A program made the translations under genes and the position numbers. Below are positions 30,036-39,442 of a DNA stretch of 64,000 nt, in pieces; the stretch's first letter is position 1, and every line of letters begins with the position of its first letter. The DNA is from Chloroflexota bacterium. Lineage in GTDB: Bacteria > Chloroflexota > Limnocylindria > Limnocylindrales > CSP1-4. Under the pieces are notes generated by a model. It did no database searches and was not told where the DNA came from. It saw nothing but the letters and a program-made list of their open reading frames with translations. The stretch covers positions 271,211-335,210 of the forward strand of contig JAHBUZ010000001.1 in NCBI GenBank assembly GCA_019637815.1, given 5' to 3'.

Positions 30036-31064
30036 CTATCCCCCGACCGTCGTGGAGCCGGCCGGCTGGGCCTCGTTGATGCTCACCCGGAGCACACCCG
30101 AACGGATCTGCGCCTCCGCATCCATGACGGCTGCGACCAGCTCCTCGGGGATGCCACCCGTGACGCCGGTATTGATGGGTGCGAGCGCGGCCCCACCCTT
30201 GGCCATCATCGAGAAGTCCTTGAGGTCCTGGCTCGTGTAGGAGCCGGCGAGCACCTGGTCCACGACGTACTCGACGGTGGGCGTCATGTTCCAGGTCACG
30301 CTCGTGATGACGTTCTGCGGGCCATCGACCTGCTGGTCAGCCATGTTGCCGATCGCCAGGACGCCCCGCTCGACCGCAGCCTCGATGACACCCGCGCGCT
30401 CGGCGTACAGCACGTCCGCACCGGCACCGATGTGGGCGAGCGCGGCCTCCTTGGCCGTGGCCGGGTCGAACCAGCTGTTGATGAAGGTGACCTTCACCTC
30501 GACCGCGGGATTCTGGACCTGCGCGCCCGCGATGAACGCGTTCGTGATGCGGTTCACCTCCGGCACGGGGTAGCCGGCCACCACGCCGACCACGTTGGAC
30601 TTCGTGAGCCCGCCCGCGAGCATGCCCGCCAGATAGGCCGGCTCGTGGATCCAGTTGTCGAACACCGAGAAGTTCGGCTCGGCTGGACCGCCGCCCGACC
30701 CGAACACGAACGGGATATCCGGGAACTGTGCCGCCACGCGACGGACCGCCTCCTCGTTGCCGAAGGAGTCGCCGAAGATGATCGCCGGGCCCTCCGACGC
30801 CACCTCCTGGAGCACGAACTCCATCTGGCCGTCGTAGCCGACGTCGTCCTGATAGCTGTGGGTGATCCGCCCGGCGGCAGCCTCCGCCTCCAGTGCCGCG
30901 TGGATGACGCCATCCCACGGCTCCTCGATGACCGACGAGTACACCGCCTTGACGGTGAGTGGCTCGGCTGGCTCCTGGGCGATGACGCCCGGCATCGCCG
31001 CCACCAGCAGCGCCGCGGTACCCAGTGCGACCGCACCCGCGGTCCTGGTCCGATGCATGCTCAC
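30036..31064 (-). CDS. BMP-family (PnrA-like) ABC substrate-binding protein, probable purine/pyrimidine nucleoside receptor
   Basis: Signal-like AGAVALGTAALLVAAMPG. ...FGDSFG...FVFGSG...VVGVVAGYPVPEVNR..NAF..GA...N....V.V.F.NSW.DP is a Bmp pattern. GTG at 31064 lies 6 nt after GAGGAGGAGG; ATG at 31058 is the alternative start. Confidence 0.85.
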   Translation of the reverse strand: MSMHRTRTAGAVALGTAALLVAAMPGVIAQEPAEPLTVKAVYSSVIEEPWDGVIHAALEAEAAAGRITHSYQDDVGYDGQMEFVLQEVASEGPAIIFGDSFGNEEAVRRVAAQFPDIPFVFGSGGGPAEPNFSVFDNWIHEPAYLAGMLAGGLTKSNVVGVVAGYPVPEVNRITNAFIAGAQVQNPAVEVKVTFINSWFDPATAKEAALAHIGAGADVLYAERAGVIEAAVERGVLAIGNMADQQVDGPQNVITSVTWNMTPTVEYVVDQVLAGSYTSQDLKDFSMMAKGGAALAPINTGVTGGIPEELVAAVMDAEAQIRSGVLRVSINEAQPAGSTTVGG

Positions 31065-31190
31065 GCGAACCCTCCTCCTCGTGGCCCGCGGGAACCTCCG
31101 CCGCCGGCCGTCGCGCAACCTTGCCGAGCCGTCCACTCGCGTGTCAAGCCGTCGGATGGTGGCGCCTCGGTGGCGCGTCCGACGACCGGC

Positions 31191-32006
31191 TCAGGCGGTC
31201 CGTGCCCGGAGTGCGGCGACGACCGCGTCCGGGGTGGGTGTCGATCCCAGGTCCAGGCGAGCGCCGACGACGGCGGCGAGCGGCGGCTCGAGGAACGTGG
31301 ACGCGAGGATCGGCCAGGCCGCCTCCGCGAAGACATCGGCCGGTGACCCATCGAGGATGATGCGTCCGGCCCGCATCACGACGACCCGCGCGAAGTGCTC
31401 CGCCACGAACGTCATATCGTGGCTGATGGCAACGACCGTCCGGCCCTCCGCCGCCAGCTGTCGGACGATGGCCCCGATGCGCGCCACGCCCCGCGCGTCC
31501 TGGCCGGTCGTCGGCTCGTCGAGGACCACGACCGGCGTCCCCATCGCGAGCACCGAGGCGATGGTCAGGAGCTTGCGTCGGGAGTCCCCCAGGTCATACG
31601 GATTCGTGCGCTGGTCGCCTGCGAGGCCCACCGCGTCCAACGCGGTCGCCACGGCGGTCCGCCGGACGTCCGCCGACCATCCGAGATTGCGGGGCCCGAA
31701 GTCCACCTCGGCCGCGACGGTCCCCGAGAAGACCTGGCGGTCCGGGTCCTGGAAGCACACGGCCACGTCGCCCGCGAGTGACGCGACCGTCCGTTCCCGG
31801 GCATCCTGACCATCGACCAGCACGAGCCCCTCGGTCGGTCGGAGCAGGCCGTTCAGGTGGCGCGCCAGGGTGGACTTGCCGCTGCCGTTCTGACCGATGA
31901 GCGCGACCCGTTCGCCGGTATCGATCCGGAGGTCGATCCCATCGAGCGCGCGTACGCCGCTGTCCGGGTAGACGTGCACCAGCCCTTCGAGCCGCAGCTC
32001 GGTCAC
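31191..32006 (-). CDS. ecfA: ECF transporter ATPase subunit with a degenerate ABC signature motif
   Basis: Walker A GQNGSGKST, Q-loop CFQDPDRQ, Walker B VVLDEPT and H-loop AISHD are all canonical. LGDSRRK stands in place of the LSGGQ signature. Confidence 0.85.
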   Translation of the reverse strand: MTELRLEGLVHVYPDSGVRALDGIDLRIDTGERVALIGQNGSGKSTLARHLNGLLRPTEGLVLVDGQDARERTVASLAGDVAVCFQDPDRQVFSGTVAAEVDFGPRNLGWSADVRRTAVATALDAVGLAGDQRTNPYDLGDSRRKLLTIASVLAMGTPVVVLDEPTTGQDARGVARIGAIVRQLAAEGRTVVAISHDMTFVAEHFARVVVMRAGRIILDGSPADVFAEAAWPILASTFLEPPLAAVVGARLDLGSTPTPDAVVAALRARTA

Positions 32007-32821
32007 GTCTCGACCACGTCCAGCACCCGGGCGTCGATCCCGGCATCCGCGACGGCACGTCGGAGCACGACCATCAGGGGCAGCGGGATGCCCAGTGTCT
32101 CGATGCTCGGATCGGCGAGCACGGTGTCGGTCAGGCCCTCCATGGCGATCCGTCCCTCGTCCAGCACCACGACCCGGTCAGCGATGCGCGCCAGGAGATC
32201 CGTCTTCTGCTCGGCGATGAGGATGGACGCGCCATCCGACGCCAGCCGCTGGAGCGCGTCACCCACGAGCCGTGTGCCGGCGGGATCCAGCTGTGCCGTG
32301 GGTTCGTCCAGGACCAGGTGGCGTGGTCGTATCGCGAGCAGGCCTGCCAGCGCCACGAGCTGCATCTGACCGCCCGAGAGTCGCGCGGGGTCCCGTTCGG
32401 CGAGATCCGTGATGCGCAACGCGTCCAGTGCCCACCACGCGCGATCCACGATCTCGGCTCGGGGCATGCCGAGGTTCATGGGGCCGAAGCAGACCTCCTC
32501 GAAGACGCTGCCGTTCACACCGCTGAGCTGGCGAGACGGATCCTGCGACATGCTGCCGACGACTTCCGCCAGTCGATGCATCGGCCACGGCCCCACGTCC
32601 TCGTCGTCGATACGGACCGTGCCCCGCAGCTCGCCCCGGATCGCCCGTGGCGCCAGCCCGGCCACGAGCAGGCAGAGGGTCGTCTTGCCTGCCTCGGCCG
32701 CCCCGACCACTCCCACGACCTCGCCGTCGCGGAGCTCCAGGTCCAGCCCGAGCACGCTCGGTCGGGGTGCCCCCGCATATCGGTATCCGACGCCTTCGAG
32801 ATGGATCATGGCAGGCCCCAA
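32003..32821 (-). CDS. ecfA: ECF transporter ATPase subunit with a canonical signature but a Gln in the H-loop position
   Basis: Walker A GAAEAGKTT, signature LSGGQMQ, Walker B LVLDEPT. ILIAEQKTD stands where the switch His normally sits. Confidence 0.85.
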   Translation of the reverse strand: MGPAMIHLEGVGYRYAGAPRPSVLGLDLELRDGEVVGVVGAAEAGKTTLCLLVAGLAPRAIRGELRGTVRIDDEDVGPWPMHRLAEVVGSMSQDPSRQLSGVNGSVFEEVCFGPMNLGMPRAEIVDRAWWALDALRITDLAERDPARLSGGQMQLVALAGLLAIRPRHLVLDEPTAQLDPAGTRLVGDALQRLASDGASILIAEQKTDLLARIADRVVVLDEGRIAMEGLTDTVLADPSIETLGIPLPLMVVLRRAVADAGIDARVLDVVET

Positions 32822-33657
32822 CCGCCCGCTCGGACGATCACGACGACCGGGATGGTGAGCACGAGGGACCAGCGCACCAGACGCTCATACGCAGGGTCGG
32901 ACGGGCTCCACAGCAGGGTCCGTCGGCCCGGCCTCGTGAAGCCTCGTGCCTCGAGGGCCAGGGTGCGCTCCTCGACCTCGTTGAGGGCACCCATGATCGT
33001 GGGCCCCACGAGCGGCAGGACCCCCCGCATGCGACGCCAGGGGGAGCCCTCGGTGTCCAGGCCCCGGGCACGTTGTGCGGCGGCGATGGCGCTCGCCCGG
33101 TCGACCATCTGGGGGACCATCGTCACGGCTGACCCGACGACGAACGTGAGTCGTGGTGACATCCCCCGTCGTTCCAGGTCCACCACGAGGTCACTCGTGC
33201 GGGTGGTGATGTAGAACAGGGTGAGCGCACCGGCGATCGCCACCACCCGGATCACGATCTCCAGCGCGAAGCGAGCCCCCTCCTCGGTGGCGCGGAAGGG
33301 GCCCAGCTCGAACAGGGTCGTGGGGGCATCCGGGAGGAAGAACAGGTTGACGAGCGACGCACTGATGGCGAGCGGCAGGGCGAGCAGCAGGCTCGTCCGG
33401 ATCACCTGACGGCCGACCCCCGTCCGCACGGCCGGCAGGACGACCGCGAGCAGCAGGACCATCGATGGTCCCACGATGCCACCCAGGAGGACCGCCTGGA
33501 TGGAGGTGACCACTGCGATGGTCAGCTTCGTCAACGGGTTCAGACGATGCCACGAGGTGGGCCCGGGACGTCCGAGCCAGGCCGGCAGCGGTCGTGCGAG
33601 CCGGTCGCCGGCGGGCTCTGCAGGATCCCCGACAGTGGTCAGCGTGTCGTGTCCCAC
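32806..33657 (-). CDS. ecfT: ECF transporter transmembrane (T) component
   Basis: TM-rich 283 aa with the two conserved Ala-Arg-Gly coupling motifs (AAQRARGLD and ALEARGF). Confidence 0.85.
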   Translation of the reverse strand: MGHDTLTTVGDPAEPAGDRLARPLPAWLGRPGPTSWHRLNPLTKLTIAVVTSIQAVLLGGIVGPSMVLLLAVVLPAVRTGVGRQVIRTSLLLALPLAISASLVNLFFLPDAPTTLFELGPFRATEEGARFALEIVIRVVAIAGALTLFYITTRTSDLVVDLERRGMSPRLTFVVGSAVTMVPQMVDRASAIAAAQRARGLDTEGSPWRRMRGVLPLVGPTIMGALNEVEERTLALEARGFTRPGRRTLLWSPSDPAYERLVRWSLVLTIPVVVIVRAGGWGLP

Positions 33658-34715
33658 GGATCCGCGGCGGACCGGGTCGGGTCGCCGATCGGGATGAGCC
33701 GCTCTCCCTGGGGGAACCGAGCCTTGGTCCGCACGGCCATCGCGCCCACGATCACGTAGACCACGAAGAAGGTGATGACCTTGTCGATGGGGTCGGAGAT
33801 CAGTCCCTGGCCCAGGGTGGCCTGCTGGATGTCCGCGCCGGCCGTCCGGAACGCGGTGACCAGGAAGTCGGTGCCTGCACCCGTGACGCCACCGAACACG
33901 TTGGCGCTGATGGGTGCGCTGATGAGGGCGGCGACGATGCCCGTCGCGAGCCCGGCGACGACCACGTACGCCGCCGTCACGTCGCGTCGCACGAACAGCA
34001 GCGCCAGGAGCCCCACGATGGCCGCCACGACCACCGCGATGACGATCCAGCCCAGGACCACGAAGATCAGGTCGTCACTGGCAGGCTGGAGCGCCCAATC
34101 GCCACCGACGTACTGGTAGCCCGCGATGGTGAACCCGACCAGTACCAGGATGAGCCCGACCGACACCGCCGCCGCGAGCATGAGCTCCTGGGGTGGCCGC
34201 TGGAGGCGGGGCCGCATCCAACCCATGGCGCCGAACACGCCGGCGAGCAGGCCGATGACCGCTGCGACGACCGCGAACGGCGCCGCGTAGGCACTCTGGA
34301 ACGGCGGTGGGATGACGTACGTCCAGAGCAGGTTGGCGAGGAGCCCGGTGAGAGCACCCGGGATCGGGCCTGCGAGGACGCCCACGAGGATCGTCCCGAT
34401 GGAGTCGAGATAGACCGGGATCTTGAGTGCTGCTGCGACCGCCTGGCCGAGCACGATATTGAGCGCGATCGCGATCGGGATGAGCACGATGGTGCGGGTA
34501 TCGAACTGGCGGCTGATGGACTCCAGCCGACCGGTCTGCGCGTACTCGATCGCGGCGTACACGGCGAGCGCTGCCGCGAGGGAGAGCACGCCCACCAGGG
34601 ACCACGACCCGGTGGCCTCGTCAGGCGCGAAGCTGAACAGCCCGGCGATGCCGATGACCGCGACGACGACGAACGCCACGATGGCTGCGCCGATGCGCAT
34701 GGTTGTCTGCGACAT
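33639..34715 (-). CDS. Enlarged ECF-type substrate-capture (S) component, substrate unknown
   Basis: ATG at 34715 after GGGAGGGAG. S-component-like blocks: ...IPIAIALNIVLGQ......IPVYLDSIGTILVGVLAGP..GALTGLLANL... and ...GGVTGAGTDF...SDPIDKVITFFVVYVIV. About 10 TM segments and 358 aa, roughly twice the usual size. Confidence 0.7.
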   Translation of the reverse strand: MSQTTMRIGAAIVAFVVVAVIGIAGLFSFAPDEATGSWSLVGVLSLAAALAVYAAIEYAQTGRLESISRQFDTRTIVLIPIAIALNIVLGQAVAAALKIPVYLDSIGTILVGVLAGPIPGALTGLLANLLWTYVIPPPFQSAYAAPFAVVAAVIGLLAGVFGAMGWMRPRLQRPPQELMLAAAVSVGLILVLVGFTIAGYQYVGGDWALQPASDDLIFVVLGWIVIAVVVAAIVGLLALLFVRRDVTAAYVVVAGLATGIVAALISAPISANVFGGVTGAGTDFLVTAFRTAGADIQQATLGQGLISDPIDKVITFFVVYVIVGAMAVRTKARFPQGERLIPIGDPTRSAADPWDTTR

Positions 34716-34782
34716 GCCTTCTCCCTCCCTCGTGCCCACCCGCCCTCCGCCGGGGGTGGCCGCCGGTGCGGGATGGCGCTGC

Positions 34783-35835
34783 CTAGCGTGCCACGCCGGA
34801 CCGCTCGGCCGCCAGTCCCCCGACCCGCTCGATGAACCGATCGAGGAACGTCGCGACGTCCGCGGTCACGGCCACGTCCGCGTTGGGTGGTCGGCCCCAG
34901 TGACCGCGCCAGTCCGCGACGGTCTGGCCACGGCTCAGCGCGCCACCCAGCTCCACGTCCACCGTCACGGCACGGGTCGTCACGAGCCCGGGATCGAGCG
35001 CGGCTGCGAGTGCCAGCGGGTCGTGGATGAAGGCGCCCCGGAAGCCGTCGAACCGCTCGTGGAACCGGAAGTAGAACGCGAGCGCGTCATGCACGAACCG
35101 GACGATGGGCGAGTCGACCCCGTCCCGCCCGATGGCCGAACCATCGGCGCGACAGCCGGCGACGTGCGCGAGCCGCTCCTGGTGTGTCGGCAGGTAGCGG
35201 GCGCCCTCGGTGACATCGAGACCCAGGAGCAGGGGTCGCGGCGGCGGTCCGGCCGTCCAGTCGACCGGACCATCGGGTGACCAGGCGCGCAGGACGACCG
35301 CCATCGCATCGGGATCCACCGCGACGTTCCACTCCGAGACGGGTGTGGTGTTGCCAGCGGCGCCGTAGGCGCCACCCATCACCACGAGCCGTCGGAGCAG
35401 CACGGGCAATCGGGGCTCGCGCAGGACCGCGAGCGCGAGGTCGGTCATCGGGCCGAGCGTCACGAGCGTCAGCTCGCCAGGGTGCGCCGCCGCTTCCTCG
35501 ATGATGAGGTCGGCGGCGTGGCGCGAGGACACCGATCGCCCCGGTGGCGGCAGGACCGCGTCGCCGATGCCCTGCGGACCATGCGTCTCGGGCGTGGTCA
35601 CGAGTGGCTGGAGGAGGGGCACGGTGCGGCCCACCGCGACGTCGACATCGCTCCGACCGGCCAGCTCCAGCACCGCGAGGGTGTTGCGCGCCACGTCCGC
35701 AGCGGTGACGTTGCCGGCCTCGCAGGTGACCGCCCGGATGTCGGCGTCCGGTGAGGCACAGGCGTACAGCAGCGCCAGGGCGTCGTCGATACCCGTGTCG
35801 CAGTCGATGAGGATGGGGGTCGATCCGTTCGTCAC
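34783..35835 (-). CDS. Nucleoside hydrolase (IUNH family)
   Basis: ILIDCDTGIDDALALL is the N-terminal Asp cluster. ...LVTLGPMTDLA...VVMGG... and ...EWNV..DP.A follow. Confidence 0.9.
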   Translation of the reverse strand: MTNGSTPILIDCDTGIDDALALLYACASPDADIRAVTCEAGNVTAADVARNTLAVLELAGRSDVDVAVGRTVPLLQPLVTTPETHGPQGIGDAVLPPPGRSVSSRHAADLIIEEAAAHPGELTLVTLGPMTDLALAVLREPRLPVLLRRLVVMGGAYGAAGNTTPVSEWNVAVDPDAMAVVLRAWSPDGPVDWTAGPPPRPLLLGLDVTEGARYLPTHQERLAHVAGCRADGSAIGRDGVDSPIVRFVHDALAFYFRFHERFDGFRGAFIHDPLALAAALDPGLVTTRAVTVDVELGGALSRGQTVADWRGHWGRPPNADVAVTADVATFLDRFIERVGGLAAERSGVAR

Positions 35836-36114
35836 AGCGAGATGCTACTGGTCGTCACGACGACGGCGCGCCACCATGTCGCCGTTCCGCCCGGCCTTCG
35901 CCGACCCGGATCGATGTCGTCTGCGCAGCCGCTGATCCCGCTGCCCACCTCCATGCGGCTCGCTGACGTCAGCAGCGCTCCCCGTGTGGCGCATCGGATC
36001 CCGGCACGGCCCGACGAGCGGGGTGCCGTTGGACGTTCGATGGACGTCGGTCGGGCAGATTCATCGGCCTCGACCCCGATCGGCGACCTTCCACCCTCCG
36101 AGGAGACCTCCCGC

Positions 36115-38169
36115 ATGCGTGCCGCACGACTCATCACGTTGCTCGGTCCCCTGGTGCTCGTGAGCGTGCTCCCGGGCGCTGCGGTCCATGCGCAGGCCCC
36201 ATCGGGCTCGCCGGGACCTGCGGTGCCCGCGGCATCGATCGCGCCGGTCGATCCGGATGACCTGCCGGCCGGCGTGCAGTGGGACGACCGGACCTGGGCC
36301 ACCCTCGAGCCCGAGTCCGGGCTGACCGGTCTCGTGGCCGTCCACGACGGCGTGGAGGTCACGCTCACGTCTCGCCAGCGGCGTGGGCGCGCCCAGACCA
36401 TCGCCCGCGTGCGGTCGACCGATGGCGGACGTTCGACGACCGTCATCGTGGATGACGGCACGCGGTGGCCCGCACCCGCCGGCTACCCATCGCGACGGGG
36501 CGCCTATCCCTCGGCGCTGGTGGCCGGTCCGGAGGGTTTCGTCGCCGCGGGTCGCCAGCAGTTCTGGGATAGCGCAGGCAACTTCCGACTGACCATGGTG
36601 TCGGTCATCTGGACCTCGAAGGACGGTCGACGATGGACGCGCTTCGATCCGCGGACCATCGTTGGTCGGCGAGCATCCGACACGGTCGATGCACTCGGCG
36701 TCGGGCGCGACGGCCGGATGTTCGCGCTGGTGTCCGTGGGTGGCCTGGGCATGAGCGGCCCGTCCACCATCCATGTGCTCCGCTCGGCGGATGGCCGGCG
36801 ATGGACCCGCACGGCGACCCTCACGGCACGCTGGGCGCTCCAGGCTCGCGCGATCGAAGCGACCGCCACGGGCCTGCGCGCGTCCGCGGTGGAGTACATC
36901 TGCGATGACAGCGCGGGTGCCCTGTACAGCTTCAGCGTCGGGCCCCAGCCGCGTGCCTGGGTCGCCGATGAGGACGGCGAGCGGTGGCGTTCCGTGCCCA
37001 CCGATGCGGGAGGGCTGCTGACATCCCGGGAGCCCGCGCCGTCCCGGGCGTCGCAGTGCCCCCGCGACCTCGCCACCAGGGAGGAGCGGTATCGGACGAG
37101 CGGCACGCTCGTGACCCTCCCGGACGGCACGCGAGCGGCGCTGGACCGGGACGTGACACGCGTCGGCGTGAGCACGGATGGTGCGTCCTGGACCGTCCGT
37201 GAGCTGCCTGGTGCGGTCCCGGACGGAGAAGCCAGCCGACGGCTCACGGTCGCCACGGTGACCATGGACCCGGCCGGGGCCCTGCTGGTGATCTCCATCG
37301 AGTCGAGCCGGCTCGTGGACACGCCCTGGCGGGCGGGGTACCAGGCGTTGACGTGGCGAAGCGGCGACATGGGCGAGACCTGGGAGCGACTGCCGCTGGG
37401 TCGTCCGTTCTGGCTGTCTGGTGGTCAGCATCGGTTGTCGACGCTGGAGGACGGGTCGGTCGCGCTGACAGCGCTCGTCAGTGGCGGCGATGACCGCCGG
37501 ATGGTCTCGACGGCCGGTCCGTTCGTGCCCTGGGAGACGTGTGTGCCGGCCGCGGGCGCGGATTGTCGCTACTCGGTCATCGAGGACGCCCATGTCGCGG
37601 GGCAGGACCTGCGCGGCATGGACCTCGAGGCAGCGGTGGTCCGAGGAGGTGACTGGACCGGGGTGGACCTCTCGGGCTCGCGGCTGCAACGCGCCAGGTT
37701 CATCGCCGACCAGGAGGGTCGAGCGTACCTGCCGCTGACGGGCGCGGACCTGTCGGGTTCGGACCTGGCCAGCGCGTCCATCGACCTGTCGGGCACGATC
37801 CTCACGGGTGCCCTGCTGCGCGGGACATCCATCCCGCTGGGTTCCCTGGCCGCCGAGGCACACGACGCCGACCTCCGGGGCGCCTGGATCGTGGTTCCCA
37901 CCGAGCCCGTCGCCGTCGACTACGCCGGGATGGACCTGCGGAACGCGACGTTCGTCAACTACGACGATGCGGGCGACCTGCGGGCCGTCGACTTCCAGGA
38001 CGCCCGGCTGGACGCCGTGACGTTCATCGGTGTGGACCTCACGGGCGCCCGCCTGGGCAAGGCCCGCTGGACGAGCCTCACCTTCCGGGACGATGTCATC
38101 TGCCCGGATGGCCGGAAGCCGAGGTCCGGTGTGTTCTCCGAGGCGGTGTGTCGACTCAAGGAGCGCTGA
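36115..38169 (+). CDS. Secreted protein: Asp-box (BNR) beta-propeller fused to C-terminal pentapeptide repeats
   Basis: ATG at 36115 after GAGGAG, then a signal peptide MRAARLITLLGPLVLVSVLPGAAVHAQA. Six Asp-box-like motifs: STDGGRS, SKDGRRWT, SADGRRWT, DEDGERWR, STDGASWT, SGDMGETW. From about 37590 there are A(D/N)LxG-type pentapeptide repeats: GQDLRGMDLEAA..., GADLSGSDLASASIDLSGTIL..., DFQDARLDAVTFIGVDLTGARL. Confidence 0.8.
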   Translation: MRAARLITLLGPLVLVSVLPGAAVHAQAPSGSPGPAVPAASIAPVDPDDLPAGVQWDDRTWATLEPESGLTGLVAVHDGVEVTLTSRQRRGRAQTIARVRSTDGGRSTTVIVDDGTRWPAPAGYPSRRGAYPSALVAGPEGFVAAGRQQFWDSAGNFRLTMVSVIWTSKDGRRWTRFDPRTIVGRRASDTVDALGVGRDGRMFALVSVGGLGMSGPSTIHVLRSADGRRWTRTATLTARWALQARAIEATATGLRASAVEYICDDSAGALYSFSVGPQPRAWVADEDGERWRSVPTDAGGLLTSREPAPSRASQCPRDLATREERYRTSGTLVTLPDGTRAALDRDVTRVGVSTDGASWTVRELPGAVPDGEASRRLTVATVTMDPAGALLVISIESSRLVDTPWRAGYQALTWRSGDMGETWERLPLGRPFWLSGGQHRLSTLEDGSVALTALVSGGDDRRMVSTAGPFVPWETCVPAAGADCRYSVIEDAHVAGQDLRGMDLEAAVVRGGDWTGVDLSGSRLQRARFIADQEGRAYLPLTGADLSGSDLASASIDLSGTILTGALLRGTSIPLGSLAAEAHDADLRGAWIVVPTEPVAVDYAGMDLRNATFVNYDDAGDLRAVDFQDARLDAVTFIGVDLTGARLGKARWTSLTFRDDVICPDGRKPRSGVFSEAVCRLKER

Positions 38170-38244
38170 TCCGCCGAGCCTGACGCCGCCCGGATCCGCG
38201 CGTCCAGCGAAGGCGGGCGTGGACCCGCCAAGATATGGCTTCCC

Positions 38245-39432
38245 ATGACCGAGCCAGCCGCGGACACCGTGCCGCCCATCCTGCCACCCGCGACCATCGG
38301 CATCCTGGGTGGCGGCCAGCTGGGACGGATGCTCGGGACCGCCGCGCGCGCGCTCGGTTATGGCGTGCGGGTCCTCGACCCGGACATCGATTGTCCTGCG
38401 TCGGCCGTGGCAGACCGCGTGGAGGTGGGCGCGTACGACGATGTCTCCGCGGCGGTGCGGCTGGCGTCCGGCTGTGCCGTGATCACCTACGAGCTGGAGC
38501 ACGTCGATGCGGCGCTCGTGGACACCATCGTCACGAGCGGCGTGCCCGTGCGACCCGGTGCGCGGGCGCTGCGGGTCACCCAGGATCGGATCGCCGAGCG
38601 TCGCTTCGTCCAGGATGCTGGTGTCGCGGTCGCTCCGTGGCGTCCCGTCACGACCGGTGACGACGACGCGCTCGACGCGGCGATCGAGGAGCTGGGTGCG
38701 CCGATCCGGCTGAAGGCCGCGTTCGGTGGCTACGATGGTCGCTCCCAGGTCCGCATCGCGACCGACAGGGATCGACGGCTCGCCTGGATGGATCTCGGCC
38801 GACCGCCGGGTCGACCGGCCATCGTGGAGCGCGAGCTGCGGTTCGCGGACGAGCTGTCCGTCATCGTCGCGCGGAGCGTGTCCGGGACGGTCGTCCCGTG
38901 GTGCTGTGCCCGGAACGTCCACGACCAGGGGATCCTCGTGGAGTCCGAGTGGCCGGCGGCATTGCCCGAGGCGGTCCAGGCGGATGCGGCAGCGATAGGG
39001 ACGCGTCTGGCGACCGGGCTCGATCTCGTGGGACTGCTGACCGTGGAGCTGTTCCTGATGCCCGAGGGGGACCTCGTGGTCAACGAGCTGGCACCCCGCG
39101 TGCACAACTCCGGCCACGCGACGATCGAGGCCGCTGCGACGTCCCAGTTCGAGCAGCACATCCGGATGGTGTGTGGGCTGCCGCATGGTGACCCGGCGCC
39201 GCTCGGATCCGCGGCCATGGTCAACCTCCTGGGGACCGGCGTCCGGCGACCGGCTCGGCTGGCCGGCATCGAGGCGGCACTCGCAGAGCCTGCGGCGCAT
39301 CTGCACCTGTATGGCAAGCGGGACGTCGTGGAGCGCCGGAAGATGGGCCATCTCACGGCGTTGGGGCCTACCACCGGGGATGCCCTGGCGACCGCCAGGA
39401 GTGCGGCGGAGCGCCTGTCGTGGATGCCCTAG
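38245..39432 (+). CDS. purK: N5-carboxyaminoimidazole ribonucleotide synthase
   Basis: [12 protein letters not shown]...A...LGY.V.VLDP... and an ATP-grasp layout, directly upstream of purE. Confidence 0.9.
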   Translation: MTEPAADTVPPILPPATIGILGGGQLGRMLGTAARALGYGVRVLDPDIDCPASAVADRVEVGAYDDVSAAVRLASGCAVITYELEHVDAALVDTIVTSGVPVRPGARALRVTQDRIAERRFVQDAGVAVAPWRPVTTGDDDALDAAIEELGAPIRLKAAFGGYDGRSQVRIATDRDRRLAWMDLGRPPGRPAIVERELRFADELSVIVARSVSGTVVPWCCARNVHDQGILVESEWPAALPEAVQADAAAIGTRLATGLDLVGLLTVELFLMPEGDLVVNELAPRVHNSGHATIEAAATSQFEQHIRMVCGLPHGDPAPLGSAAMVNLLGTGVRRPARLAGIEAALAEPAAHLHLYGKRDVVERRKMGHLTALGPTTGDALATARSAAERLSWMP

Positions 39433-39442
39433 CATCTGCATC

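Noticed and set aside
35836-36114. The 279-nt untranslated region upstream of the secreted propeller gene, considered as a possible riboswitch. A GTTCGAT near 36030 was also considered as a possible tRNA T-loop.
   Set aside because: I could find only generic GC hairpins (for example CCGACG...CGTCGG). There is no conserved core of any riboswitch class I know, no cloverleaf and no complementary T-stem. I leave it as an unexplained long leader.
36061-39441. The longest ORF in the track (1126 aa, minus strand).
   Set aside because: It lies antisense to three well-supported plus-strand genes: the Asp-box/pentapeptide protein, purK and the start of purE. It is Arg/Gly/Pro/His-rich with no motif. 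This is the typical shadow ORF of a stop-codon-poor, GC-rich genome.
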